A stretch of 63,836 nt of DNA, the filler included, from Craspedostauros australis (Eukaryota): the NCBI GenBank assembly GCA_030167865.1. It is 6 parts of 6 records of this genome, joined end to end, with 100 filler letters (N's around TTAATTAATTAA, not from the genome) between each part and the next. Parts side by side here need not be neighbours in the genome. Positions count along the whole stretch, not along the records: positions 1 to 24,970 come from JALAGF010004280.1; 5 more parts are not named here. The stretch is one strand, 5' to 3'. Positions within the stretch are counted from its first letter, which is position 1; the number at the start of each line of letters is the position of its first letter. The notes beneath the pieces were generated by a model. It was not told where the DNA came from. It worked only from the letters and a program-made list of their open reading frames with translations, and did no database searches. The translations under genes were made by a program, and so were the position numbers. Below are positions 11,058-21,904 of the stretch, piece after piece.

Positions 11058-13199
11058 ATGGAGATAAGATCGCATTCGCAGTCGCTGCTGCGCCGTCTGG
11101 TGGTTTCCGTCGCAGCACTTGCCTGCCTCTCAACGACCGCAGATGCCTTCGCGTTCGTGCCGGCTCCTTTCCAGGCAGCGAAGGTCGCCTCCGCACAGCA
11201 GAGACCATGTGCTGGATGTGCACCTCCCGCTGCTCTTTGGGCGACGCCGGAATCCAATGATGAGAAGCCAGCGGCTCCAGTATCCGAGACGAACTCGACG
11301 TCATCAGCGGTGACATCGACGCCGCCTTCCGATGTTGCTGCCGATGCTGCATCTACTGCCAGCAAGCAACCGGCGCTGGTTGTGGAAGAGACCAAGATGG
11401 AAGCTCCCACCAAGCCAGAACCTGCCACCAAGATGGAAGCCGTCGCCACCACTACCACCGACATCACAAGCGCAATCGCAAGCACAAGCACTAGCGCAAG
11501 TACGAGCACCAAATCCGCCAAGACCCGGTCCACCAAACCCAAGAAGGGCGCCGAGCTCGTCAAGGACGGGATCAAGCTGCTGGGCGACATCGTCTCCTAC
11601 GGCATCGACACCGCGCCAACGGCCGTGTCCACGACGTTGCAGACCGCGAAGGATGTCAACGAGTGGGCGCTGACCGTCCCTGAGAAGGTGGACACTGTTG
11701 TCAAGGAAGCCAAGGCCATCCCAGACAAGGTGGAGACCAAGGTCAAGCAAACGCAGGAGACCATCGATCTCACCGTCAAGAAGACGCAGGAGACCATCGA
11801 TGACTCCATCAAGGTCACCAAGGAGGTGGCTGCGGAAGTGCAGGACATCCCCAACAAGGTGGAGCGCAAGGTCGAGGAAGTCAAGACCTCCGTCAAGGAG
11901 ACCAAGGCGCAGGTCACGAAGACCGTGCAAGACACCAAGGAATCCATCGATCGATCCATCGACACGACGCAGAAGATCATCGCCGACGTCCAGGACATCC
12001 CCAACAAGGTGGAGCGCAAGGTGGAGGAAGTCAAGACCACCGTCAAGGAGACCAAGGCGCAAGTCAAGCAGACCGTCGACGACACCAAGCACGCTGTCGA
12101 CACGACGGTCAAGACCACGAAGCAGATCATCGAGGACATCAAGGACATCCCCAACAAGGTGGAACGCAAGGTGGAGGAAGTCAAGAAGACGGTCAAGGAG
12201 ACCAAGCAGAGCGTCGACGAGACGGTCGCCAAGACCACCAACTTTTTCAACGACGTCGTCGCCAAGATCAAGGAAATTTCTGGTTCAGACATGGAGCCCG
12301 GGAATACGGTGGCCATTGCTGGTGCAGCGGCCGCCCCCAAGGATACAGCCAAGGCTGATACCCCTACGATCACGGCGGCCGCCACGCCCGCAAAGGCACC
12401 TGCGACGCGATCCACAACGATCTCCGCACCGTCCAAGCCAGGCAAGGCAGACAAGCCGCCTGCTGCCACCACGGTGAAAGCCGCCAACGATACGCCAAAG
12501 ACGAAGCCAAAAGTGCAGCCAAAGGCACAGCCCGCCCCGAGCAAACCAAAGGCGACCGTAACCTCCACCCTTCCAAAGAAAGCAGCAGCGCCGAAGTCCG
12601 GCACACCCAACAAAACCCCTACATCCTCGATTCTCAAAGGCGTCGCGCCGAAGCCGGCAGCCAAGGATGATGTTCCTCCTCCAACACCAAAGCGATCAAC
12701 CTTTGGCATCTTCCAATCAGCTCCATCATCGGGCAAGACACAGCCATCCAGCAAGGCCACGGAGCAGCCGCAGAAGAAAAAGTCGTACAATCCGGGCATG
12801 CCACGGTTCGGTTCTGCAGCCCCCGCTAACAAGGTGGCCACGACCAAAGCCAAAGCCAACGCCAGCAAGGAGAAAAGCAACAGCAAGAGCAAACCCACTG
12901 TTTCCGCAAAGAAGGAAACGCAGCCACCTGCCAAACGATCATCCTTCACTCTATTCCAAGGCAAGCCCAAAACATCCGATGACACAGACAGCAAGGACAA
13001 GAAGAACAAGAAGAAGACGGTAACCGCGAAGGCCGCCAAACCAAGAAGACCACCAGCAACAGTTGACTTCGGCATGGGCTTTCCAAATCGCTCCGGCAAA
13101 TCCATCGTGGATGAAGATCTCGAGGAGGAAGTCGCAGATGCTCTACGGGCCGCGAAGGATTCCCTCGACCAGGCAAAGAAGACCAAGCGAATAATCTAA
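11058..13199 (+). CDS. Plastid-targeted protein with tandem 50-aa amphipathic repeats and a K/A/P/T-rich disordered C-terminal half
   Basis: Signal ending ADA-FAFVP; DIPNKVERKVEEVK unit at 11841, 11991, 12141; strong GC3 codon bias. Confidence 0.85.
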   Translation: MEIRSHSQSLLRRLVVSVAALACLSTTADAFAFVPAPFQAAKVASAQQRPCAGCAPPAALWATPESNDEKPAAPVSETNSTSSAVTSTPPSDVAADAASTASKQPALVVEETKMEAPTKPEPATKMEAVATTTTDITSAIASTSTSASTSTKSAKTRSTKPKKGAELVKDGIKLLGDIVSYGIDTAPTAVSTTLQTAKDVNEWALTVPEKVDTVVKEAKAIPDKVETKVKQTQETIDLTVKKTQETIDDSIKVTKEVAAEVQDIPNKVERKVEEVKTSVKETKAQVTKTVQDTKESIDRSIDTTQKIIADVQDIPNKVERKVEEVKTTVKETKAQVKQTVDDTKHAVDTTVKTTKQIIEDIKDIPNKVERKVEEVKKTVKETKQSVDETVAKTTNFFNDVVAKIKEISGSDMEPGNTVAIAGAAAAPKDTAKADTPTITAAATPAKAPATRSTTISAPSKPGKADKPPAATTVKAANDTPKTKPKVQPKAQPAPSKPKATVTSTLPKKAAAPKSGTPNKTPTSSILKGVAPKPAAKDDVPPPTPKRSTFGIFQSAPSSGKTQPSSKATEQPQKKKSYNPGMPRFGSAAPANKVATTKAKANASKEKSNSKSKPTVSAKKETQPPAKRSSFTLFQGKPKTSDDTDSKDKKNKKKTVTAKAAKPRRPPATVDFGMGFPNRSGKSIVDEDLEEEVADALRAAKDSLDQAKKTKRII
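11712..12260 (+). repeat. Coding tandem repeat, 150-bp period (three near-complete copies plus a degenerate upstream copy)
   Basis: AGGACATCCCCAACAAGGTGGA(G/A)CGCAAGGT(C/G)GAGGAAGTCAAGA recurs at exact 150-nt spacing. Confidence 0.9.
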
Positions 13200-13995
13200 G
13201 CTGGAATCGAAATGTACAACGAAGGTAAGACACATATAATCCGTGGTGCGGTACGGTACGGCTGAGCAACGAACGAGTACACCCGCAACCCCGCTGCCAG
13301 AGCCCATCACAACGACACAACCAATTGCATATCACCATTTACGCAAAGCGACAGCTTGCATCATCACCAACGTTTCACACTCGGAGCCGGTCACATCGGG
13401 AGGAGAGCGATCCGGAGGACTCGGAGCGATGGTCCCTGCACAAGCAACGAAGATGACAGCAGCATTTTCTTAATTCTAATATTCTACCATGCGACTTCAA
13501 CGGCATTTCCGTCACCCTCTCGTAGCATGTGGTATTGCATCGGTGACAATGCCGAGTCACGATGCCGCTCCGTTGTGTTATGCAATCATGGAGACTTCGC
13601 AGAGATGAGAAGCGCACGACGCTGTCTCCAGAGAATCCACTCCTTCGTGGTAGCCCAGGATTTCTCGCATCGTTGTTCTGATTGAGTCGCTCACCTTGCT
13701 ACTGATCCGAGTAATGCGAATGCAAGCCCTTCGGAGTTGGCTGGCTGTGGCGGCGGATGGTTTGGAAGGCATTTGCGTTGCTTGCTATGAAGTCGTTGAG
13801 CAGTATCGCAGTTGAGTACGACTATGACCAGCAAGTCAATCGCACTGATATTGCCTGGGTATACAACGCGCAGACTCCCTTTGCTCGCGGGTTAGTTCGT
13901 TTGTTCGTCTAAACTCGATCTGATCTAGTATGTTATACAGGCTCTGTCTGAGAAACAAGCATGTTGCTCCATCACGTTCGTTTCTTCCTCTTGTT

Positions 13996-14916
13996 CTAAA
14001 ACGGAAGGTCCCCAATACCGCCAAGGCTCTGCCCCTCTTCGCTCTCGCTGTCGTCCTCGCGTGGGGTGGCCATCGATCGGCGTTCGGACTCCATGAGATA
14101 GCATGCTGCGATTTGATTGCGCAGATGCGCCGGCGACTCCCAGTAACAGCTCAAGGGTGCTGTATCGTCCGTATCGTCGTCATCTCTCGAGACACTCATT
14201 GGTCTTTGTAGCTTCGTGTCCAACGAAAGCTGACGCGAAGAGAAGGTGAGCACGAGATGTTGAAAGTGCATGCTCTCGACGTGGTGCTTCAAGCTTTGAT
14301 GCAGACGTAGGATCGTGGTCATTTGTTGTTGTTGCTGCTGTTGTTGCAGTCGGTTCTTCTTCGACGGAGATGCCACGGCCTTTGCCAACCGCTTCACTGC
14401 CGTGTCCATTCTCGTAACCGTATGCTGCACCGATGTTGTGTTGGCGTCAATGGCGTGGAGCTTGATGGTATGGACGATTCGGTCTGCCGCGGCCCGCAGC
14501 AGGGCCGGTTGGTTCTGTCGCCGTTGCGACGTCCATTCGAGCGTGTGGTTATTGTGATCCACCATCTGGAATGTGCACGGCGTCGCTTCCCACCGTCGCT
14601 GTTGTTGTTGTTGTTGTTGTGGACTCTGACGTTGAATGCGATTGCGGTGACGCTGACGTTTGTTTGATGTTGGCTTGGGAGACAGCGACTTGTTGGTCTT
14701 GCTGCAGCTCGTGTCGCCATCTCCATTGTCAAGGCGCACTCTCATGACGCCCTGACTTCCTTCCTGGAGGGTTATGTTTCGAGCGTTGCTGCTGTTGCTC
14801 TTCATTTCCAAACGGATGCAGTCACACCATGACCAGCCATCAGCTGAAATGAGCTCGTGCCATACCTTGTACAGCGGGGCATTGACTGTTGTTGAGTGCT
14901 GTTGCGCGGAACTCAT
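13996..14916 (-). CDS. SRPBCC/polyketide-cyclase-like domain protein with poly-Q insertions
   Basis: HSTTVNAPLYKVWHELI..W, TLEW, HTIKLHAIDANTTSVQH and terminal helix LHQSLKHHVE. Confidence 0.55.
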   Translation of the reverse strand: MSSAQQHSTTVNAPLYKVWHELISADGWSWCDCIRLEMKSNSSNARNITLQEGSQGVMRVRLDNGDGDTSCSKTNKSLSPKPTSNKRQRHRNRIQRQSPQQQQQQQRRWEATPCTFQMVDHNNHTLEWTSQRRQNQPALLRAAADRIVHTIKLHAIDANTTSVQHTVTRMDTAVKRLAKAVASPSKKNRLQQQQQQQQMTTILRLHQSLKHHVESMHFQHLVLTFSSRQLSLDTKLQRPMSVSRDDDDTDDTAPLSCYWESPAHLRNQIAACYLMESERRSMATPREDDSESEEGQSLGGIGDLPF

Positions 14917-16964
14917 GTTGATGGCGCTGGGTCTCTCTTGCGATCTCTGCTGCTGCTGCTGCTGTTGTTGAGTACGAGCGTGGTGGTGGTGGTGTGATTG
15001 TTGGGGCGGAACTCTCGAACTCGTGCTGTCTCTGTTCGTGTTGCTATTGTTGCTATTGTTGCTTTTGTGATGTTATGAGTGGATGTTCACGCTGGCGGTG
15101 ATTGTCTTCGTGTGTTGCAAGTACAGTATGCTGTGGTATGGTACGAGCTGTGAATACGATCGAAGTCAATAGATTATGGCAACGTCTTCGACAGTGTTCG
15201 GGCCACGTTCGGATGAGTTGGTTGATGAGGAGACAGCGTGTTGATGGCAGACGGGATGCAGGGTTGACGATCCACAAAGCTGTCACGCTGGTCAGCGTGC
15301 AACGTAAGTGCGGCAAGCGTGGGAAGCGTGGTGCTACACGCCAAACAAGTACTGCACATCAACTGATTGTTTGCGACTGACTTGATGTGGTGTCGATAGG
15401 AGTCGACAAGAGAGGACAAGGAAAGGAACGCGCACATATGCCCAAAGCGCGGAAAGGTGAACAGAACCGACACAAGGAGGAAGCGGCCTTGATGCTCCTT
15501 TCAACCTCTTCTGCTTCACTTGTCGTTGTCCCCACCACATCACCCTTGTCCCTCTCTCTTTGTTGGTGTTGGGCAATGTTGTTTGATGTTTCTGGACAGG
15601 CGAGGTGAGCTTACCAGCGCGCGTGTCTGAATCGTTTCACCCTGTGCCATGTTCGTCATGATCGCCCACGACAGCATCGCAGAAGGAGAAAGTCCGCTTC
15701 CATTTGTGTTGGGGCTACAACTCGTGCAGATGGTCGAAACCTCGGAATGCGACGGCATCGGAGGCACAGAAGGCGAAGGGTGACTCTCATTGCTCACAAG
15801 AACATGATAAAAATATGAACAGCGGAGAAACTCCCCTGCTTTGTCGGTTCCGAAACCATTTCGAACAACGAAACCAGTCACCATCACGATTGATAGATCG
15901 CCAATACTATTGCCACATGCTGCTTATGAACTTCAATGCAGAATACACCATCATGGCAACCACGAGGGCCTATCGAACAAGACGGAATACTGCAAGCAGC
16001 AAAGCCGGGATTGAAACGCAACAAGAGTGTTGAACAGGAGAAAAACAAAAGGTGCATTGACAAAATGTGCACAATTTGCAATAAGGATGTGATGTCTTGG
16101 TAACAACAAAACAACCGTCACAAAACGTGACTGCTCTCAGAGTCCACGCATCATCCACAAACAGGAAGACCAACCACGACAACGAGAACTGCGACCATGG
16201 TAGCGACGTCATGTCAGATGCTGCGTCAGAGAACATTGCTGCGGAGGAAGTCGATGATGACGCGACACATGCGTGCACCGAAGAACCCAACATCTGAAGC
16301 CACCAGGGCTGCATACACGCATGCATGCTGTATCGCGGCGGTTCTGCGCAGGGAGGCCTCAGTTGTACAAGTCGGTCGCAAGCGACTACAACAGTCGCTG
16401 CACGAGTGTCACGGGACCATGCAGCAGGAGAGTACCAATAATACTCGACCCTTCAGGGGTGCTGTGGATAGGATGATTGCGGCGCTCACGATGTCGGAGC
16501 AGGACTCCAACTGGACGGAGAGGCGATGACATCAAGAACACCCGACAGACATAGCAAACACTGTATCCATCCTTCAAATCTGTGCTGTTCTTTGGTCGCA
16601 AGTGTGCGTTGCCATTTCGCGCTCCACGCAATTGCAGACAGAGACAATGAGAGAGCACGACGCTCGCACAAATACGAGGCCAAGTTGCTGATGTCCAAGG
16701 GTGGTTGACTGTCGCGGCAACCACAGCACACGACCATCGCGCTCACAAGCATTGCAAGAACTGGGGTGATTGATTCTGGCGAGACGCGTTTGCTTAATCT
16801 TATCATGAGGCCAACTCCGCTTCTTCGTTGTCTGAGTGTGGGTATCATACTCGTGCACTTGTCTGCGCCACTCTGGCTCAGCATCAGGTATCTCTGTTCT
16901 CCTGTTCCTCTCTCTCTAGGAGGAGATGGCGTGTGTGCGTGTGGGGGTATTTGAAAGAGGATCG

Positions 16965-18635
16965 CTATGGCTTTGGAGTATGTTCTTCCAAGTAGCTGGA
17001 TGCATACGGTGCTTCGAAGGTGCTGGCTGTGCTTGGAGGATGGAACCAGTAGTTGAATGCGACGTGCATGTCAGCCATGTTGTCGTTTCTAGCATCGGTT
17101 GACAGTTCTTGTTTCGTGTCCTTTGGAGGCAACGACGACGATGTAACTTCGTGAAACCAACCCGTCGGGAGGTACAGGATGTCGCCTGCCTCCAGCTCAA
17201 CTTCTGCCTTCGGCAAAGTACTTGTGTTGGAGTTGTCACCCCCAACGCCCAACAGACTGAAATTGTTCATTTTTTCCTCGGTCTTCGCATCGGAATCAGA
17301 TCTTTGTGGATGGGTCGTTGATGATGGCCGTCGCTGATTTTCGGTTTTCTCTGCTGCCGTCATCTTCCGATCGTCGTCATCATTGCCGCCGTCATCATTG
17401 CCGTCGCCAAAGTCTTTTTGACCAGCACCCTTCTCCAAATTCTTTGCGAGCTTTGTCTTGAGCTCCTCCGAACCATCCTCTCCCTTGGCCTTCTTGGCAT
17501 TCATCACGGACCAAAAGTCTGCGTCCTCTTCATCATCATCATCGTCATCTTTACCCCCGCCAAAACTGTTAAATGAGATGCCGACACCATCCCCATCGGC
17601 ACTACCGTCCTCATAGTCGTCGCCATCTTCCACCAACTCCATCTGAGCCTCCAGCACGGCCTCCAAGGCAGCCTCCAAATCGGCCTCGGCCTTTTCCAAT
17701 CGCTGTTCCGCATCCTCCTCCCCCTTATCGACCGCAGCCTCTGCTTTGGAGACTTCCTCCTCCAACACGGCAACCTTGCGCTTCGCCTCCCACGCCTTGT
17801 GCTCATTGAGGTTGGCGCCATTCTCGTTGGTTGCGTCATCGCCTTCGTAGTTGATGAGTCCGTTGGGATGGACCGTCCGTATAGTGCCTTTGGTTTTCAT
17901 GGCGTGCGCTTGATCCGGCGAGTACAGCCGGAAATGCTTTCGACCCGCCAGCAGACAGTAGAAGTTGTCGTGAAAGTCATGATGCAGTCCACTCGTCGAG
18001 CCTGGCCTTGGCTTTGCACTCGAGGCGGCTTGCTCATTCGCTGTGGCATCCTCCGCAACCACCGGCGACGATGACGATCCCATCCACAGATTGTAACTCA
18101 TGGGAATGAGATTGCCACCCAACGAGGGATACAGTGGAACATCGCCCTTCAACGACACAACCGGCTCGTGCATGGCCTTCGGCCGACCCTCGTCATCGAC
18201 CTTCATTGGTTGCGTCGAAAGATACAACAGGCACCGATCCTCTGATCGCAAGAATTCTGCAAACGTCATGACGACTTCGCACTCGGACCGCGGTCGTCCA
18301 AATCGCGATGTCTTCGTTTCACGGCGCTCGACGTGAACCTGACTTTGCCCCGCCTTGACGAGGAGATGCTGCAGGTCAGTCAACTTCCACAGCGATTTCC
18401 ATTCGTCTTGTCGTCGCAGCGCGTTGTGAATCTTGACGGGACGTCTCGTTCGGACGTACTTTTGGAAGAAGGTGGGTGGATCCGGCATCTCATCATCGTT
18501 GCCAATGCAATCGATGGTGACATCCTGCTGTGATAGACGGTGTCCAGTGTATCCCATCTTGCGTCGCTTGCGGCTGTTCTCGCTGACGTTGCTTTGCTGG
18601 TGATCGCCGTTGGTATCGCCGTTGGTATCTCCCAT
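16965..18635 (-). CDS. JmjC/cupin-like 2-oxoglutarate/Fe(II) oxygenase
   Basis: FFQKYVRTRRPVKI, NLWMG, SGLHHDFHDNFYCLLAGRKHFRLYSP (HxD), LEAGDILYLPTGWFHEV, AFNYWF. Confidence 0.9.
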   Translation of the reverse strand: MGDTNGDTNGDHQQSNVSENSRKRRKMGYTGHRLSQQDVTIDCIGNDDEMPDPPTFFQKYVRTRRPVKIHNALRRQDEWKSLWKLTDLQHLLVKAGQSQVHVERRETKTSRFGRPRSECEVVMTFAEFLRSEDRCLLYLSTQPMKVDDEGRPKAMHEPVVSLKGDVPLYPSLGGNLIPMSYNLWMGSSSSPVVAEDATANEQAASSAKPRPGSTSGLHHDFHDNFYCLLAGRKHFRLYSPDQAHAMKTKGTIRTVHPNGLINYEGDDATNENGANLNEHKAWEAKRKVAVLEEEVSKAEAAVDKGEEDAEQRLEKAEADLEAALEAVLEAQMELVEDGDDYEDGSADGDGVGISFNSFGGGKDDDDDDEEDADFWSVMNAKKAKGEDGSEELKTKLAKNLEKGAGQKDFGDGNDDGGNDDDDRKMTAAEKTENQRRPSSTTHPQRSDSDAKTEEKMNNFSLLGVGGDNSNTSTLPKAEVELEAGDILYLPTGWFHEVTSSSLPPKDTKQELSTDARNDNMADMHVAFNYWFHPPSTASTFEAPYASSYLEEHTPKP

Positions 18636-19033
18636 GTTGCAGACCTCCGTGCCGTGTCAGATCTTTGCCGATCCGATTTGTGGAGGTCGAATGAGGTGAT
18701 TGGCTTTTGTGAGGATTGGTTGTTGTGAGTGTTGCTCTGGTTGGAGATGGTTGTGGTCAAAGTGTTCGATGAAACTGACTCATCCGAACAACAAAACCTG
18801 AAGGTTCGTCTGTCGTACGTCCCTATTTGCTTCTGCTCGGATCAGCGATGACGACACCGCACTGTGGTGCGCTGCAGATCGCGGCACGTGACAATGATCG
18901 AAGGTCAACGGCAGCGACGCAAACCACCATCGTCGGCAACAGCAGCAACAACGGCGCGAAGTTCGAATCCTTCATCTCGACGCCTTCGATCCATCCATCC
19001 GTTCGTCTAGCTATACCAACAAGAACCAGCACG

Positions 19034-19632
19034 ATGATCTTCCGAGTATCAGCACTTGCCCGTCAACGAGCACAGCTCCTCGCCCGACGAACCTTCGCTT
19101 CGGAGGTCGCCGCGTCCAAGCCAGCCGCTGGAGGCGGTGCCTTGAATGCCCTCGCTCGCGGATGGTACAACGTGTACGTGCAGCCTACGCGGGCCTTGGT
19201 TGGGGAAGACCATGTTGCGGTCATCACGATGTGCCTCCACGCCAGTCCTTGTAACGATGGCGCATCGGTGCTCGCGCCAAATCAAATCAAACGATTCTCT
19301 CACCAACGTCTTCTTCATCTCCTTTTTGCTTTCGTTCCGCACTGGAACGTGTGCCCAAAATCCAATCCCAACTCGTGCCAATCCGTGCACATACATACAC
19401 AACCAACAGCTTCGGAAAGAGCACTGCCAGATACTCAGTCTTCCTCGTCGTCGGTTGCGTCGTTGCCGAGTTCGGTACCAACTCTCTCACAGACCAGCTG
19501 TGGGAAATGAACAATGCCGGAAAGACCTATCAGCAGGTGGACTGGAGCAAGTTCGATCCAGAAGACGAGGATGAAGATGACGATGACGACGACGAGGATG
19601 ATGACGAGGATGATGACGACGATGACGAGTAA
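19034..19632 (+). CDS. QCR9: Cytochrome bc1 complex subunit 9; exons 19034-19173 and 19410-19632
   Basis: Splicing GTACGT..CAG intron 19174-19409 gives WYNVFGKSTARYSVFLVVGCVVAEFGTNSLTDQLWEMNNAGKTY, matching the QCR9/UQCR10 pattern. Confidence 0.85.
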
Positions 19633-20087
19633 GCTCGTTTAGAACTACTAGCACTTGCTGCCACCAGCGAATCGATCCACTGATCCCAAAGCTTTTACAC
19701 AGAGTATTGCATCGCACACATTAGGAGATTCAACTGGAGTCCATCTTCCAATAACAATAATAATGAAGTAGAATACGATGGCTCTGCGATTACCTATCAT
19801 ATCAAAATAAAAAGTGTGCTTTGTGGCGAAGCATCATGCCGCAATAGAGCATCCGTCGTCTAATAGCTGCCACCTGTTTCATCGATTTGGAGGATGGTTC
19901 ACTTCACGACTGGTTGGGTGCAAGTGCAGCACTCTGCTGTTCGCGCTGTTCAGTGAACTCCACTATTCCCGGTCCTCGTCACAGTCTACGTAACACCGAG
20001 TCAAGCCAATGCGATTATCTGCCATGTATCTAAGTTCTTGTAGTGGCGACGATCTATGAAGCAAAGACCGAGTCGAGGATCAGCCGC

Positions 20088-21263
20088 TCAAATGGCGAAG
20101 AATCCCAAGATGGACGGAAAGCACACCGCCAACGGCTCCACATGGAATGAACCCGGGAATCCCGCCACCCATGATGGACACATCTCACGCTCCAGCGCCT
20201 CTTCGCGTGTGACAGCCTCGTCGGTCGACGATTCCATGACCGTCAAATACACGTTCGCCTCGATGCGCACGGTCCCGGACTCCGGTTGCCACCCCACCAC
20301 TTCAACGCGCGTTGCCTTCGGCGACGGCCGCGTCCAACTCACGCCGCGCCAATCGAATGCTGACAGACGAAAGTCCTTACGCTGCAACGTCGTGGCATGC
20401 ATCAGGATCGGCAGATCGTGCACGAACGGCGCATGATCCTGCATCGCGAACAGCATGTGCAGAACAGGCACACCGTACGGTGACCAATCCAAGCCGCCGG
20501 GTCCCAATCCCGAGAATGCGCCCGTCGAACCTGGTGCGACCGTCGTGAATTGGACGACGGCCTTCCCATTGCGTGATTGGACGGGAAGTTTGGCGCGGCA
20601 TACCGAGTGTTTGGCGTCCTGCAACGAGGTGTAGAGACCATCGGGACGCGTTTGCCACACTTCCACGATGCTGCGCAATAACGACGGCGATGTCGCGTCG
20701 CAACAGCAATTCTGGTCGTTGCTGGAGCACGAGAATAGATTCAACGTGACATCCAATCGTGGCGCCGTTCCTTTGCGCTGCGATGAGCGGTGGAGGGGCC
20801 AGTGCGCCGGTTTGTATCGGTGCTTTGCGGCGATGTCGTCGGAGCAGACTGCGGGAGTGTCAGTGATAGACGACAGTGGCACGTTGGGTTTGTAGGCTTG
20901 AGCTGTGCCGCCGTATTCGTACAGACGGTACTTGGAATCCTGATCTTGCGGCGGCTGTGCGCAGATGGGTGCAGCGACGTTGGTGCATTCTGATGTCGCT
21001 TCGGAGGATGTGCTCTCCTCTGCATTAACGTTGTCGCTGTTGCTGTCTTCGACGTTCGCGTCATAGTTGGCTTCGCAGGACCGGCCATCCCCAGCGATGC
21101 ACGCGTTGTTCTCGTTCGTCCCAGCATCATCCTCCACAGCTACACCATCCGTCGCTTCCACCACTGAGGAACGCCCAACGAGCCCCAACAGCAGCACCCA
21201 AAGACAGATCAGATGGAGCAGCTTGCCATTCGCCCATCGTCTTTTTCGCTTCGTGGTCATCAT
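20088..21263 (-). CDS. Secreted or membrane-anchored intradiol ring-cleavage dioxygenase-like protein
   Basis: Hydrophobic N-terminal segment; VEVWQTRPDGLY, CRA, FTTVAPG, PVLHM follow the intradiol dioxygenase core order; an upstream in-frame ATG exists at 21497. Confidence 0.65.
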   Translation of the reverse strand: MMTTKRKRRWANGKLLHLICLWVLLLGLVGRSSVVEATDGVAVEDDAGTNENNACIAGDGRSCEANYDANVEDSNSDNVNAEESTSSEATSECTNVAAPICAQPPQDQDSKYRLYEYGGTAQAYKPNVPLSSITDTPAVCSDDIAAKHRYKPAHWPLHRSSQRKGTAPRLDVTLNLFSCSSNDQNCCCDATSPSLLRSIVEVWQTRPDGLYTSLQDAKHSVCRAKLPVQSRNGKAVVQFTTVAPGSTGAFSGLGPGGLDWSPYGVPVLHMLFAMQDHAPFVHDLPILMHATTLQRKDFRLSAFDWRGVSWTRPSPKATRVEVVGWQPESGTVRIEANVYLTVMESSTDEAVTREEALEREMCPSWVAGFPGSFHVEPLAVCFPSILGFFAI

Positions 21264-21904
21264 TTCTGCGCTTGTGTTATAAATTACACCTTCCTCTCTG
21301 CCTGTCCCTTGTTCTTCTGAGATGATAGTCGACGCTCTCCAAGTAGCGCTTGCGATCTGCGTCCGTGTCTGTGTTGATGTCGATGATGTCAATGATGTTG
21401 GTGTTGCCGGTTGCCGGAGATTGTGCATTGGAGAGCGACGAAGACGGCGATGTTGACAACAACCGTCCAGTGTCATGGCGGCCGGGGTTTTGTACACAAA
21501 AGGAGATCACGTCTCGATTGATTTCTACATTTCGAGACCATTTTGTGGCCGTATCCAATCTTGATTCGATGGACTGCTTAACAATGGAAGCGAAACTCGG
21601 TTAATGACACTTTTTGGCTTTTCGGATTCGTCAAAACCTTGGTTTCTCCCACGAGAAATAAGCAGGCCAAAACGACCAAGCCAATGAAGGCGACTCAATG
21701 CGCCTGCACCGTCTCCACCCACTGGTCCAAAAGCACCAGATGTATCTCCAGCAGGCGCATCTGTAGACACTCCTACCATATCCTACCATATCGTATCCTA
21801 TCGTGTGTAGTGTAAGATTTCCCTAATCTTCTCTACTCTACTCGACTCTACCCGATTCGACTTGACTCGACTCCCTGCTCAGTTTCACTATGCAACGACC
21901 CACC

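Noticed and set aside
11841..12200. Regularly spaced direct repeats resembling a CRISPR array
   Set aside because: In-frame coding repeats with synonymous variation and related spacers; eukaryotic context, no cas genes
11597..13186. 529-aa antisense ORF
   Set aside because: Shadow of the codon-biased repeat gene on the plus strand
15000..16900. Cluster of short overlapping ORFs
   Set aside because: No motif or codon bias recognised; a decayed element cannot be excluded
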